NCBI RefSeq assembly: GCF_004010195.1
Contig: NC_057735.1
Location: 17,766,865-17,830,864, forward strand
Reading direction: 5' to 3'
From: Chiloscyllium plagiosum
Taxonomy: Eukaryota
Length of the DNA: 64,000 bases
The notes below the pieces were generated by a model. That model saw nothing but the letters and a program-made list of their open reading frames with translations, did not search any database and was not told where the DNA came from. Positions 41,861 through 54,604 of this stretch are shown here, in pieces. The stretch's first letter is position 1. Every line of letters begins with the position of its first letter. The position numbers were made by a program, and so were the translations under genes.

Positions 41861-41924
41861 ATGACAGTAATTTTGAGCTACGGGATAATATCATTGCTTC
41901 TCTTTGGCTGTCAAGCAAATGACT
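41861..41924 (+). CDS. Gla gene C exon 1, signal peptide MTVILSYGIISLLLFGCQAND
   Basis: aaaATGa start; hydrophobic core; phase-1 GTAAGT donor. Confidence 0.82.
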
Positions 41925-42828
41925 GTAAGTATCAATGTTTACCACAGTATCAATGTTTCTCAGGATAATTCTTCACAGAGTCTGATTTTAGACATAGACC
42001 CCTTGTTCCCTCCGTTGCTCCCATATACAGTGCTGAGTTAGTCCCTGTCTGACAATATGTTGATGATCTGATTTGTTCTCTACCACTTTGACTTTTGTAT
42101 CCACTGCCCACTGACTGTCGGTGATTGCCACACTCAATTTAATATGTTCAGTTATAGCCGCCTAGTCTGTGACTTTTTATTTCATATTTTGTTGTATGTT
42201 AAGGGTTTTTCCACAGGGTGTGGATTTTTCACTTTAACGTATTAATCTTTTTTACAAACTAAGTGCTTATTTTCTACAGATGGACTGGAATAAACAACCC
42301 TCAGGTCTTCATTCTCAATCATGAATTATCTGTTTCTCCTCTTCGTACCATCCCTTCAGACACAGTTGAGATCAAGGAATGTGATCATAATACTGTTTCT
42401 TAAAAAATAAATTTTTGTGTAAGTGCATTTACGTTTTGTGTAAAAACATTAATGAATACAAAATATTCATACACCTTTTGCTGGTTTTATGTGGCATGAT
42501 AGTACTGATATTTTGAGTGGTTTCCATTAAGGTAATTGGATTATGACATTTAGATTGGAAAAATGGCAGTTTTAATGCTATCCACTGGGTGTAAACTGGA
42601 GTGATATGTAGTTAAAATATCCCTGATTATTTATCCATACTAGAGCTAGTCACAATTTTGACTCAAGCTTCAGAAAGGGTGCTAAGCAGCCCAGACAAAT
42701 GCACAGGGTCCTCACTGACATGTTCAGACTACAGGTGAAATAAGTCATCCACCTCTGACTGTTAATTTTCTCCCTGGCCTGAGTAAGTGAGATACTGTGG
42801 CTCTTTCGCCAGGTAAATATTCAAGTGA

Positions 42829-42954
42829 AAAATGTGTTGCATAAGCCCGAAACGTCGATTCTCCTGCTCCTTGGATGCTGCCTGACCTGTTGCGCTTTTC
42901 CAGCAACACATTTTTCAGCTCTGATCTCCAGCATCTGCAGTCCTCACTTTCTCC
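42829..42954 (+). mobile_element. Penelope pLTR-derived short insertion
   Basis: 14-bp TSD aaatattcaagtga at 42815-42828 and 42955-42968. Confidence 0.8.
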
Positions 42955-43918
42955 AAATATTCAAGTGAGAAGAGGATCATGGATCAGATGAGCCCACTTT
43001 TATTTTCTTTATGAGGTTGGGAGGACTGCAAAGGTTCCTCTGGGCTCAAGGCAGGTTGAATTCTCTCTTGCTCCGGGCTCCCTCCTTCTTCTGTCCTTTG
43101 AGATCCTCCTAGAATTTCTCTTGATATATGTCCTTGACTGCCAGCAGTCAACCATGGATCACTTCCTGAACAAAAGCAGAAAATTCTGCTGTGAAGAAAA
43201 GTCATATTAAAAAGTTAACTCTGACAGATCTGCTGAGTGTCTCCAAAATTTTCTGGTTTTGTTTCAAATTTCCAGCACCTGCTTTTATATGGGCCACTAC
43301 TTTCTGCAGAAATAGGTGTGAAGTGGATCTGATAGCCTATTCATGAGTTAAAATTGCTGGGGCCTTTTTTTTCTCTAATAGCGACTTACAGTCTACCTGC
43401 TAGCAACTGCCCCCTAATTAAAACCAGAGCTTGGACGTATGAATGATTCCAGTCCATCTGCTAAGAGCAAATACTTGGTTTATTAAAGAGAAAAAAATTT
43501 TAAAGTGAAACTTCCACACCACACAGAAAAAAATTAACACACAATAAAATATGAAATAAAAGGTCACAGACCAAGCTGCTACAGTGAAACAGATTATACT
43601 GAATGTGGCAATGTTTGACAAGATTGTGGAGAAAATGCTTACTTGTGTTTTTTTTTAATTTGAAACTATCTCTGCAGCTGAGCAAGGCTAAATAATTATC
43701 AATTTACTTACTATAGGATTTAACCACATCAGGCCACAGTACTTTAGCTCAAATAATTTTTGAATGATTTTGCAAAATTCATCCCTTAATATTTTGACAA
43801 ACTTCTGTGGCTGGTCTATTTCCTGGGAAATTTAAAACCAGCAACTCCAGTAAAATTCCAGCTTAGAGTCTTGACTCTTATACTTCAAAGAAATGAAAAA
43901 ACTTGCATCTATTGAGTA

Positions 43919-44130
43919 AGGAAATGTGTTGCTGGAAAAGCGCAGCAGGTCAGGCAGCATCCAGGGAACAGGAGAATCGACGTTTCGGGCATAAGCCCTT
44001 CTTCAGGAAGAAGGGCTTATGCCCGAAACATCGATTCTCCTGTTCCCTGGATGCTGCCTGACCTGCTGCGCTTTTCCAGCAACACATTTCCAGCTCTGAT
44101 CTCCAGCATCTGCAGACCTCACTTTCTCCT
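43919..44130. mobile_element. Palindromic Penelope pLTR insertion
   Basis: 85-bp inverted arms 43920-44004 and 44007-44091; 13-bp TSD catctattgagta. Confidence 0.85.
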
Positions 44131-44271
44131 CATCTATTGAGTATGTTTTGCAACTTCAAACTATTACAACAGACACTTCACACAACAATATTATCATGGT
44201 ACAATAAAATATCACATAAAATCTACACAGGCACCTGATTTATTATTGCATTATTATTCAAAAATATGGAG

Positions 44272-44435
44272 TATTTTTACAGAAATCAGCTGCTGCACAG
44301 TTCCTGTTTCGATTTCGTAGAGCTAACAATTGGAGATTTGAGGAGCTTAAGTCTGGGAATTTGGAAAGAGAGTGTATAGAAGAAACCTGTTCCAAAGAAG
44401 AGGTCCGAGAGATTTTTGAAGATGATCAAAAAACT
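44272..44435 (+). CDS. Gla gene C exon 2, propeptide+Gla (L)[54 protein letters not shown]
   Basis: Canonical Gla domain with Glu at 7,8,15,17,20,21,26,27,30,33; RFRR furin site; GTAAGG donor; acceptor is GAG. Confidence 0.92.
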
Positions 44436-45501
44436 GTAAGGACCAAGTTTATTCTTGTCTAACTCTCACCGCTCCTTTCTCATTTTCACATAAATAATTA
44501 CATAACTGAGAAGGTCTCAGATGTCCAGCAGAGTGAGCTGGCTGCAATATGGAACTTGCTGTTTCCATTGCTTATTGTGAGTAGCTCTAGAAACTCACTG
44601 AACTATTTGTCACCACACTGCCATATGGGAATAGGTAAAGATGGCATTGACTGATAAAGAATCCTAATTTTTTTCTGTGGTGTGGGTATGCTTTGGGTTG
44701 ATTTCCTTCTCTCAGTGCTAAGTAATTACTTAGCTCAACAAGACCTCCACATCAAGTCTGAAACTATGGTCGTTCTGTGCCCTGTTGCTGCATCCTCCGA
44801 TTTATTTCTGCAGAAAACAGTTTTTATTGCACATTTTCAAATAATTTATTCTAATCTACTGAAGCCATTTCCTAAGGCAAACCACCATGAATGGTGTTGG
44901 GATCCTGCCCTACATAGAATAATAATTGATGAAAGGCACACAGGCAGAAAAGTGCTGTCTGTTTGCATTTCTGTTTGGAAAATGAAGGTCTAAATGCCCT
45001 TACCTTTTGATTTAAAATATTAAACAAGAAACATAATCATTTTCAACAAAGCAGTTAGATTTAAAATGCCAACTTCATTAAGAATTGTGAAGTGAATGTA
45101 ATTGTTGACTAATTGTTTGAGGAGAGCAGATTGTATTCTAATCTGATCAATGTCTGCTAAACTATGTACAAGAGGGCACTTAGTATGAAAACCGTAGTTG
45201 TAGCATGTAAAGATATTGCACTTTATCTCAAGTTAAAAGTAATCTTAAACAGTGCTAAAAACCACACAACACCAAGTTATAGTCCAGCAGGTTTATTCAG
45301 AAGCACTAGCTTTCAGAGTGCTGTTCCTTCATTAGGTGGTTGTGACAGATAATGCTGCTCCTTCATTGGGTGATGTTCTAAGCGCCAACCATGTAACAAT
45401 TAAATTGGAGTTGGCCTGAGACTGTGTTTAATTAGGAACAATTGATTTTTGGCCTTAAAAGTACAAAATTAATAATCTTTTCTTTATTTCCTTTCTTCAA
45501 G

Positions 45502-45526
45502 GAAATTTTCTGGGACTTCTATACAG
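45502..45526 (+). CDS. Gla gene C exon 3, aromatic stack EIFWDFYT
   Basis: 25-nt exon, FWxxY, phase 0-1, long pyrimidine tract. Confidence 0.88.
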
Positions 45527-46183
45527 GTATGCTTTCTCTAATACATCACAATTTAAAGTATTGTGCTTATTTAGACCAATCAGGTTCTGACATCATAAAA
45601 GCTATTTTCCTGACCATGTGATTAGTTTAATAAAGTAGTTCGAAGGTAGTTTCATTTCAGAAAGAAAAAAATAAAGACCTCATGATGCCTCAAAGCACTT
45701 TGCAATTGGTGGCACAGTTTTGAGAAGTATTTTACTCAGATCAGCCTCCCGAAAAATACTCCCTAAAAAAGTGATGAATGAACAGTGATGAATGGTTTTG
45801 GTAACTTTAACTAAGGATCCAATATTTACCAGTACTCCAAGGGTAATTATGCTGCCCTTTATAATAGTGTCACAGGATCTTTTGTGTTCACTTTAAACAG
45901 CATCTAGGATCTCAGTTTAATGTTGCAACCAAAAGCCATTACCCTTTACAGGTTGCATGCCCTCAGAACTGCATCAGATTGTCAGCCTAGCATTTGCGTT
46001 CAGGTATCAAGCGTGAGTGACACCAAGAATTCTCTTTTCTGTATTCTAAAGGCCCAATTGGTATTATGTGGCCTAACAAATCGAATAATATTAATGAGTG
46101 AGAGTCAATGTCCTGAAACAAACAAAAAACACAGAATGTGTTGGAGATATTCAGCAAGCCTGGCTGCACCTGTTGGGGAGAGA

Positions 46184-46214
<31 letters not shown>

Positions 46215-46824
46215 CGAGAGAGAAACAGAGTTAATGGGCTGATTTTTTTACCAAAAATTGTTTAAGACCATAAGATGATAAGACACAAGAGCAGAAATAG
46301 ACCATTCAGGCCATCGAGTCTCTCCGCCATTTGATCATGGCTGATATGTTTCTCAAACCCATTCTCCTGCCTTCTCCTCATAACCTTTGATCCCCTAACT
46401 AATCAAAAACTTATATACCGCTGTCTTAAATACTCTCAATGGCTTGGAATCCATGACCTTCTGCAGTAATGAGTTTCAGAGATTAATCACCCTCTGGATG
46501 AAGTGTAAATTTTGTGACTTCAGGTCATTCTGCTATAATGCACGTTTCGTTAATGCGAATTCGCTATAATATGATTGACGAATTGGAGACACTGTTTCCA
46601 AAGTGCAAACTTTTAAAGCGTGTACTGGCTATAATGCGTTTCTGGCCCCATTAGTTTAAATGGTGCTGCTATTATGCAAATTTTTAATAACACGGGATTG
46701 CATCAGACCAGAACTGCCGCATTATAGCAGAACCGACTGAATCAGGAAGGATTTCTATTTGCAAGCTCCAGGAGATTATCTCACACAATTGTCTGCAATG
46801 GCTTCCTCACTCGTGTGGAAGTCA

Positions 46825-48055
46825 ACTAGGAGAAAGGTGAGGACTGCACATGCTGGAGATCACAGTCGAGCATGTGGTGCTGGAAAAGCACAGCAGGTCA
46901 GCCAGCACCGAGGAGTAGGAGAATTATCGTTTCAGGTATAAACCCTTCATCAGGAATGAGGCTAGTGGGTCAGGGGGCTGAGAGATAAATGGGAGGGAGG
47001 TGGTGGGGCTGGGGGAAAGGTAGCTGAGAATGCAATAGGTAGATGAAGATGACAGGTCAGAAAGGAGGGTGGAGATGTGGTCTCTACATTGGGGAGACAG
47101 GATGCCAACTTGTGGATCATTTCAGAGAACATATCTGGGAAACCTGCACCAACCAATCTCACAGTCACGTGGCTGAACATTTCAATTCCTCCTCTCACTC
47201 CACCAAGGACATGCAGGTCCTGGGCCTCTTCCATCTCCAAACGCTACCCACACGATGCCTGGAGGAAGAACGCCTCATTTTCTACCTTGAGACCCTGCAA
47301 CCACGTGGGATTAATGAGGATTTCACCAGTTTCCTCATTTCCCCTCCGCCCCCACCTTATCAGAGTCCAAAGCCTCCAACTCAGCATCACCCTCATTCCC
47401 ATCAAATCATCTTCCGCCACTTCCACCACCTACAAACAGACCCCACCACAAGAGATATATTTCCCTCCTCAGCCCTACTAGCGTTTTGGAGAGATCATTC
47501 CCTCCGCGACTCCCCTGTCAGGCTAACGTCTCCACCAGCCCTCAACTCATTCCGTGCACCTTACCCTGCTACCACAGGAAGTGCAAACACTGCACCCACA
47601 CCTGCCCTTCACCTCCGTCCCAGGCACTAAAGGATCCTTCCACATTCAACATAAATTTACCTGTACCTCCACCAATGTCATCTATTGCATCCTTTGGTCT
47701 CCTCTCCATTGGGGAGACAGGATGACAATGTGGGTCATTTCAGAGAACATCTCTGGGACACCCATACCAACCAACCCCATAGCCCTATGGCTGAACACTT
47801 CAACTCCCCCTCCCACTCTAACAAGGACATGCAGGTCCTGGGCTTCCTACATCGCCAAACCTAACCATGCCTGGAGGAAGAATGCCTCATCTTTCGCCCT
47901 GGGACCCTGCAACCACTCGGGATCAATGTGGATTTCACCAGTTTCCGCATTTCCCCTCCCCTTCATCCAGGCATTGGGTGGTAAGGGAGTGGCGATGGAG
48001 GAGGCCCAGGACCTGCATGTCATGAGGGAGTGGCGATGGAGGAGGCCCAGGCTTT
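46825..48055. mobile_element. Rearranged Penelope-like remnants
   Basis: Two GLYIGETG..HFREH-like GIY-YIG segments; inverted pLTR at the left end. Confidence 0.75.
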
Positions 48056-48504
48056 TTTAATGACAACTTCAGGGGTATTTTTGTTCTATTTGGGTAACAT
48101 TCAGAAAGTGTAAAAAATGCATAAGCGTTTGTCAGCACATTGAACCACATTTTAAATGCTCCTTTCATGGTTAACAAGCCTAGACATGATAATTGAACAT
48201 AGAGGCAGAGACTCTTCCTCTCGACTATATGATCTCCTAGAAGACAGACAAGAAACGATTAAGAAATAGCAGATGATGAATTACATTTTCCAACATTAAT
48301 GGTCAAATGCAGAACAGATTCAAACCAATTCCCTTACCTATTACTTTAGACTTATATCTGCTGGTATTGGCATTCAAATTTTCTACTCTACATGCAGAAA
48401 AATCTAAATAAACTGTTAGAGCAATTTCTGCTAATTCTAGAAATGCCGTGCCTTATATGATGCCAGATCAAAATAAAAACTCCAATTTAATTTCTCTTTT
48501 TCAG

Positions 48505-48618
48505 GCAGAACAATATGCGATTCATCTCCCTGTCAAAATAATGGGCGGTGTGTAGATTTGTACGGCGAATTTTATTGCAAATGTCTTGGAGGATTTAATG
48601 GAACATTCTGCGAACAAG
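48505..48618 (+). CDS. Gla gene C exon 4, EGF1 (G)RTICDSSPCQNNGRCVDLYGEFYCKCLGGFNGTFCEQ
   Basis: Six-Cys EGF; 114 nt, phase 1-1, like F7/F9/F10 EGF1; strong acceptor. Confidence 0.92.
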
Positions 48619-48943
48619 GTCTGAGAATTTTTGTCACAAAATTCATTCTTTCTCTTGAGATTCCCATAGATTCTCCAATCCCAATGGTGTCACTAGTTGT
48701 GTACTGTGAGGGCAAGGTGTTCTTACATTATCTATCATAATCTATTCACATAAATTGAGTGCAATAATAATTGGTGCAGACCTTTCTTTAGTACTTTTTC
48801 TAGGTCTTATACTGAATCAGGTGATAATAACAACTGTGGTATGGGTAATGATCACTAGGAACAGGTTTTCCTGTAGCAACCCAAACCAGGACCAAAGATA
48901 GAAGATCACAGCAAGATTGATTAAATGACTGATAGAATATGAT

Positions 48944-49163
48944 GAGGTAAAAACAATGACTGCAGATGCTGGAAACCAGATTCTGGATTAGTGGTGCTGG
49001 AAGAGCACAGCAGTTCAGGCAGCATCCGAAGAGCAGTAAAATCGACGTTTTGGACAAAAGCCCTTAAATTCCTGATGAAGGGCTTTTGCCCGAAACGTCT
49101 ATTTTACTGCTCCTCAGATGCTGCCTGAACTGCTGTGCTCTTCCAGCACCACTAATCCAGAAT
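48944..49163. mobile_element. Palindromic Penelope pLTR insertion
   Basis: Inverted arms; near-TSD gatagaa(t/c)atgat. Confidence 0.75.
49068..49103 (+). ncRNA. Minimal hammerhead ribozyme core
   Basis: CTGATGA-a-GGGC tttt GCCC-GAAAC-GTC. Confidence 0.65.
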
Positions 49164-52100
49164 GATAGAACATGATTCTCAATTTGCTGTAATGCCACAC
49201 CATTGACCACAGCCCCACAACCTACAACTCCCATTGCAGATCTTCCTGTTTGTGGCACAAGCTCCACTGCCCAGCTTTGTGAGCATCCCTCCATTGGAAT
49301 ACACTAAGACCTGATGAAGAGAAACATAAGAGCAGAAAGGCTTGAAAAATTCTGTCTCCCAAAAATTACGAAGCCCTGGCTGGGCTTGCAATGAAACCAA
49401 GTGCTTGTCAAGTGAAATAGAGAAAGTTCCCTGAAATCCTGCAATAGTATTGTGATAGCAGAGACTTGATAAAAGTGTTCTCAAAACTTGCTAACAATTG
49501 TTCTTTCTTACTTGTTCATGGGATGTGGATGTTACTAGCTAGGCCAGCATTTAGTGCCCAGACCTAATTGCCCTAGAAAAGGTGGTGGAGACCCACCATT
49601 TATTCATTCATTCACTGGATGAGGATGTCACTTGATTGGTCAACATTTATTGCCCATCCCAGACAGCAGTTAAGAGTCAACCACATAGCTGTGGGTCTGG
49701 AGTCATATGCAGTCCAGGCCAGGTAAGAATGGCAGTTTCCTTCCCTAAAGGACATTTCTGAACCAGATGTGTTTTTCTCAACAATACAATAGTTTCATAT
49801 TTTTATTGATAACAAATTCCACCATATGTCAATGGCAGGATTTGAACTCGGATCCCAGAACATTACCTGGATTTTTGGATTAACAATCCAGCAATAATGC
49901 CACTAGGCTATTGCCTCCCCAATTTTATCATCCAATGCAGGGTAGGGACACCCACAATGCTGTTAGGAAGGGACTTCCATGATTTTGATCCAATTACAGT
50001 GAAGGAATTGTGATATATTTCAGAATGGCGTGTTTCTTGGATGGAAACCTGTAGGTGGTGGAGTCCCCATAATCTGCTGCCACTTTCAGGTGGTAGAGGT
50101 CATGGGTTTGTAATGTGCTATTGAAGGAGCATTGGTGAGTTCCCGTAATGCATTGCTTCCACTGCTTAGCAGTGGGTATGGATGACATGCCAATAAAGCA
50201 TGTCATTTTGTCTTGGCTTGTGTCAAGCTGCTTGAGTGTTCTTGGAGCTTCACACATTTGGCTTCACCCCATTTCCTCTTACTGTTCCTGGCAACTGAGT
50301 ACACACCAAACACAACAGAGAAAAATCTGGTCTGGTGACTTATATATATTTAATACAATTTATAACACAAAAGGGCATGACAATATCATAATGTAATTTT
50401 ACATTTATTTCAGTCATGTATTTCTTCCCAAATTGAGAATAACCACTAGATAGTTAAAAGTCAAAGCTTTGTGGCTTATTAACTACCGTGGCAGTTGGGA
50501 CAGATAACTGATTAAGTGTGCACAGCTAAGATGGATAGATAGTCTATGTAGAGCTATACGCAATGACTCAACCTTGCTAGATCAATTAAAAAACATATTT
50601 GTTATTTAACAGGCATGTCATTCATGATGCTAGATCCTATTAGCTATTCGCAGAATAGCTATTGACAGAATATTAGGATCTGGCATCTCGTAGAGGATTT
50701 GGGCTGCTTCCTTCCTAAAAAGACAATATTAAAGATGTTGTATACAGCATTCAAAACAGATAAAACTGATTGTGCCACTAGAAATGAACAAGCACAATCT
50801 GATAGCAATTACAGGGACATTGTTTCAGGGTGGCATAGATTGAGATCTAAATATTGAAGGGTAAAAGACACTTAGAAAAATGGAGAGGTTTCTTTGTTAA
50901 TTAATGTCATTATTAAAATTATAGACAGGGATGACCTAAATTTAGGAAACCAGGAAGTAGGGTCGAGTTGAGAAATGATAAAGGAAAGAGGATACTTGTG
51001 AAACAACACATAAGCTCCCAAACAGTAATTACACAGAGTATAAATACAAAAAAAAAAGTTTGTCAGAAAACTGCGGTCAGTCATTGGGAATTTTAATCTG
51101 CATACACATTGGAAAACCAGATGTACAAAGATAACATACAAGAGGGTTTCATAGAATATTTTGGGGCTTATTTATTAGAACAGCACATTTGAAGCTGACC
51201 AGTAAGCAGGCTATACCAGACTTGTTAGAGGGAGAGAGAAGTGAATCTAAGACTATTATTTTAAACTTGAGTAAGAGCAATTCTGGTTGAAAGAAGAGTG
51301 AGCTAAAGTGTACTTGCAAATCAGGTTAATGGTTAGATCAAAAGAGATGCAGTGGCAGACATTTAAAGGGATATTTTGTTTTATACATTGTGTAACAAAC
51401 AAGGCATTCACTTTTAATAACTGGGCAGCCTCTGGTGCATATTTGCTCCACAACACTGACAAGGACATTTAGTGTCTGGTGCCTTCCCAGTCAATGTGTT
51501 GGTTTACTGAAAGGATTTTGCTGATCTAAGGTTCATCTTCCCCTCTTAACATTCATCTGTTCTGCTTCCTGACATCTCTGAAGTAAAATCTTCTTTGGAG
51601 TGTAATAAATCTGATAAAGAATCATCAGGAAATCTGACAACAATTCTGTCCTTTATGAATTCTGATTTTAAATCACCAGTACATTTCTACATGTAATTAA
51701 TGATAATTAATTAAGTAATCTATGTATCTCCCTGAATGCTAAGCTATCTGATAAAATCTTGCTTTTCCAATTATTTTATTTGTTTTAAGAATAAGACAAT
51801 TGTCAAAGGCTTTTGGTACTTCTTCAAAAGAACTTGTTACTTGTTTACCACTTAGTGAATTATAACATCATTGATTATACTCCTAAATGAATATTAAAAT
51901 GTACAAACATATTCAGTTTCAGATTTAGTATCTAATTTTGAAACTGTTCTATGTTTTAAGAATTGTTTTCTCCAAAATGTCCAATTCTGTGTTCTATTTG
52001 TCCATCTCTGAAATGAATCTTTCTGGCAATTTTATTTCTGATGCCATGTATTTGTAATATGATTATTTTGTTTCCTTGCTTAAAAGGTTTTTTTTGCAGT

Positions 52101-53824
52101 GATGGTAGTGCTGCTGCTGTGTTCTGCTTTGCTACAGGTTTCCCAGCTTTTGCAGGCATATCGAAGGATTCTACTTTTCCTACATTTTCACTGGATGTTT
52201 TTTGTCTTTAATAAATGATACATATTTTCTTAACAGCTTTACTGAATTAACTCTGCTGCCTCTGGCTTTAATCCTGTATTAAACATGGTTTCATTAAGTT
52301 ACTCCCTCAAGTCATGGCTTTAATAGATGAATCCTACTTCTATTTTTATTCTGTGTTTCCTGCTTCCCATTGATTAAAACACATTTTTCTTGCCTTTAAT
52401 GTGATTTTATTGAAGGATCCCCTGTCTTTTGTTTCAACAAAATCGGCTCCCTTCCTTTATCTGTTAGACCATGGCTGCTGAGGCTTCCCATCTGCCCTTT
52501 CATCACTTTAATTCTGGCTTTGCAGTGTCCCTGGATCTCAGTTTAGGTTACTCTGAGCCCTTAATTTCTCTTGTTGTAACAGACCTCCACCACTGTCAGC
52601 GTATTGCATTAGACAGCTAAATGAAATCAGCACTGCTGCTTACCATGTTGTATATGCAGTCAAACTGAGTCTGCACCTCAGCATTGGGGAGGTTTGCTGT
52701 CACAACCCCCTTTTAAGTTTCAGGATTGGCTTACTCAAGTGTGGTTGAGGAAAACCATTTATTGGACTAACTAGATGACCTCTTGAAAAAGTAGTTTATT
52801 GCATGCTTGCAACTAGTTACTGGTTACCTTTATATGTTAGGCATTGTTACAGCAATGATAAGGAGGGCCTAGATCTCAATCCAGGCCCTAAGCTGTTTTC
52901 CCTAAAATTAAAAATGAGATCATCATATTGGGTGGTGCTTAAGGCACTCTTGGTATTATCCTTGTCAGATTCTTACATTGTTAAATAACACAAACTAGAA
53001 GGCAAAAGTTTCCAACATTGTTGTCTTCTTGGGTGATATAAACACTGACCTAGCTGAATAAATCTGACATCTAAGTTAACTGAAAATGGTGGTTCAAGCA
53101 ATTAACAATAAAATTAATAGTTACCAGCAAATTTTGTAGTTGGATACCATTCTGTTGTCTGCATTTTCTGGAGTGCAAACAGAATTGAAGAACATATAAA
53201 GACATTGTGGTCTGTACTCCAACATGGAGAACTTTCAAGATGTGCACTCTGTAAAGAGGCAGGCAAGTGTGATAAAGTCCACAAGCCTGGTTGATGACCC
53301 TTGTGTGACTCAACTCTTAAAAGGGCACTGTCTTCACATAAAATACACCAACAATAATACATAACAGATACCAATATAATACCGTTTTAGGAAATACTTT
53401 TGTGCTTATTAAATGAGGAGCACTAATGAACATTATCCATTCAGGACCTTAGTTTAGAACAGTCTAGCTAGCTACAGAATGATGTTTCCTCTATTGCACT
53501 GTAAAGCTATGTCACTGCCTCAATATAAGGGCAGCTTGTCATTTTGTCTATCTCTCACAGACTGTGGCCTTCCATATTGAAGTAGATTTTGGGTCATCTT
53601 TTAGAGGTGGCTTAGATAGAATGGCCTAAATGGCCTCCTACTCTACAGTTCTATGAAACCTACATAAAGACAGCCAGCAGAGAACCTTCTGAACATCTGG
53701 GTTTGAAATCAGATCTCAACAGGAAAAGACATTTGTCTACACCTCTATACTTTGCACTTATGCTCAAAAGACTGAAATATTATTATAAAAGCAGTAAATA
53801 ACGTGGTTTATAATTATTTTCCAG

Positions 53825-53955
53825 ATATCAATGAGTGTGAGCTCATGAACCCTTGCCCACCAGGATCAACGTGCGTAGATGGAGTCAATAACTTTACTTG
53901 TAATTGTCCACCTGAAGGGTGCAATTTATTCAGAAACGACACTGGATTTTACTAA
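53825..53955 (+). CDS. Gla gene C terminal exon, Ca-binding EGF (D)[42 protein letters not shown]
   Basis: ttttccag acceptor, phase 1; DINEC cbEGF signature; TAA at 53953-53955; AATAAA at 54145-54150. Confidence 0.88.
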
Positions 53956-54604
53956 AATTTTAATTAAATGTACAAGTTTATGGATACACAAATGGAAATG
54001 AGACATATGTTTTCTAAATGATGCAATCAATCATAACCTGTGATTACTGATCTCTTCTGATTCTGGTCATCACAGAATGATTTATAAAGCATCTACGAAA
54101 CTTGACTTTGTTGTCAATGCAACAATTTTTACACTTGTTCCAAAAATAAAGCCACATATGGAACATGTTTCAACTAAATAATCAGTACTATACTTTAAAT
54201 GTTTCTGATTTAAGTAAAATAACAAATTCAGTCTGAAATGTGACAGTTTGAAGATCTATTGTTATTCTAACATACTGTAGAAAATTATTACTTGTTGGAA
54301 AGAGAAAATTATTTCATGTCACAACTACAATTTCATGTATCTTATAAGATTGAATAAACTAAATAGGCTGCTCAATATTGCAAATTAAATTTGGTCTGTT
54401 GGAAAAATCGAGCTATGTTTCCTTTCATATAAAATGTTAAAATGTCCGTGGAAACCAACTATCGAAAGGAACCAAATTAACTGAACAGCTCAATGAAGAA
54501 ACCAAATGGACAAATTTCCAATTTATATTTAACATATGTCTAACTTACATTTCAACAATCAAACTCAGAATCAAATAAGTCAAATATAGGTGAACAGTAG
54601 AACA

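Noticed and set aside
2908-53955. Naming the genes F7, F9, F10, PROC, PROZ, GAS6 or PRRG
   Set aside because: No protease, LamG or TM/PPxY region; orthology cannot be assigned by eye
2908-53955. One long gene with three Gla domains
   Set aside because: Each unit has its own promoter motif, signal exon, stop codon and poly(A) signal
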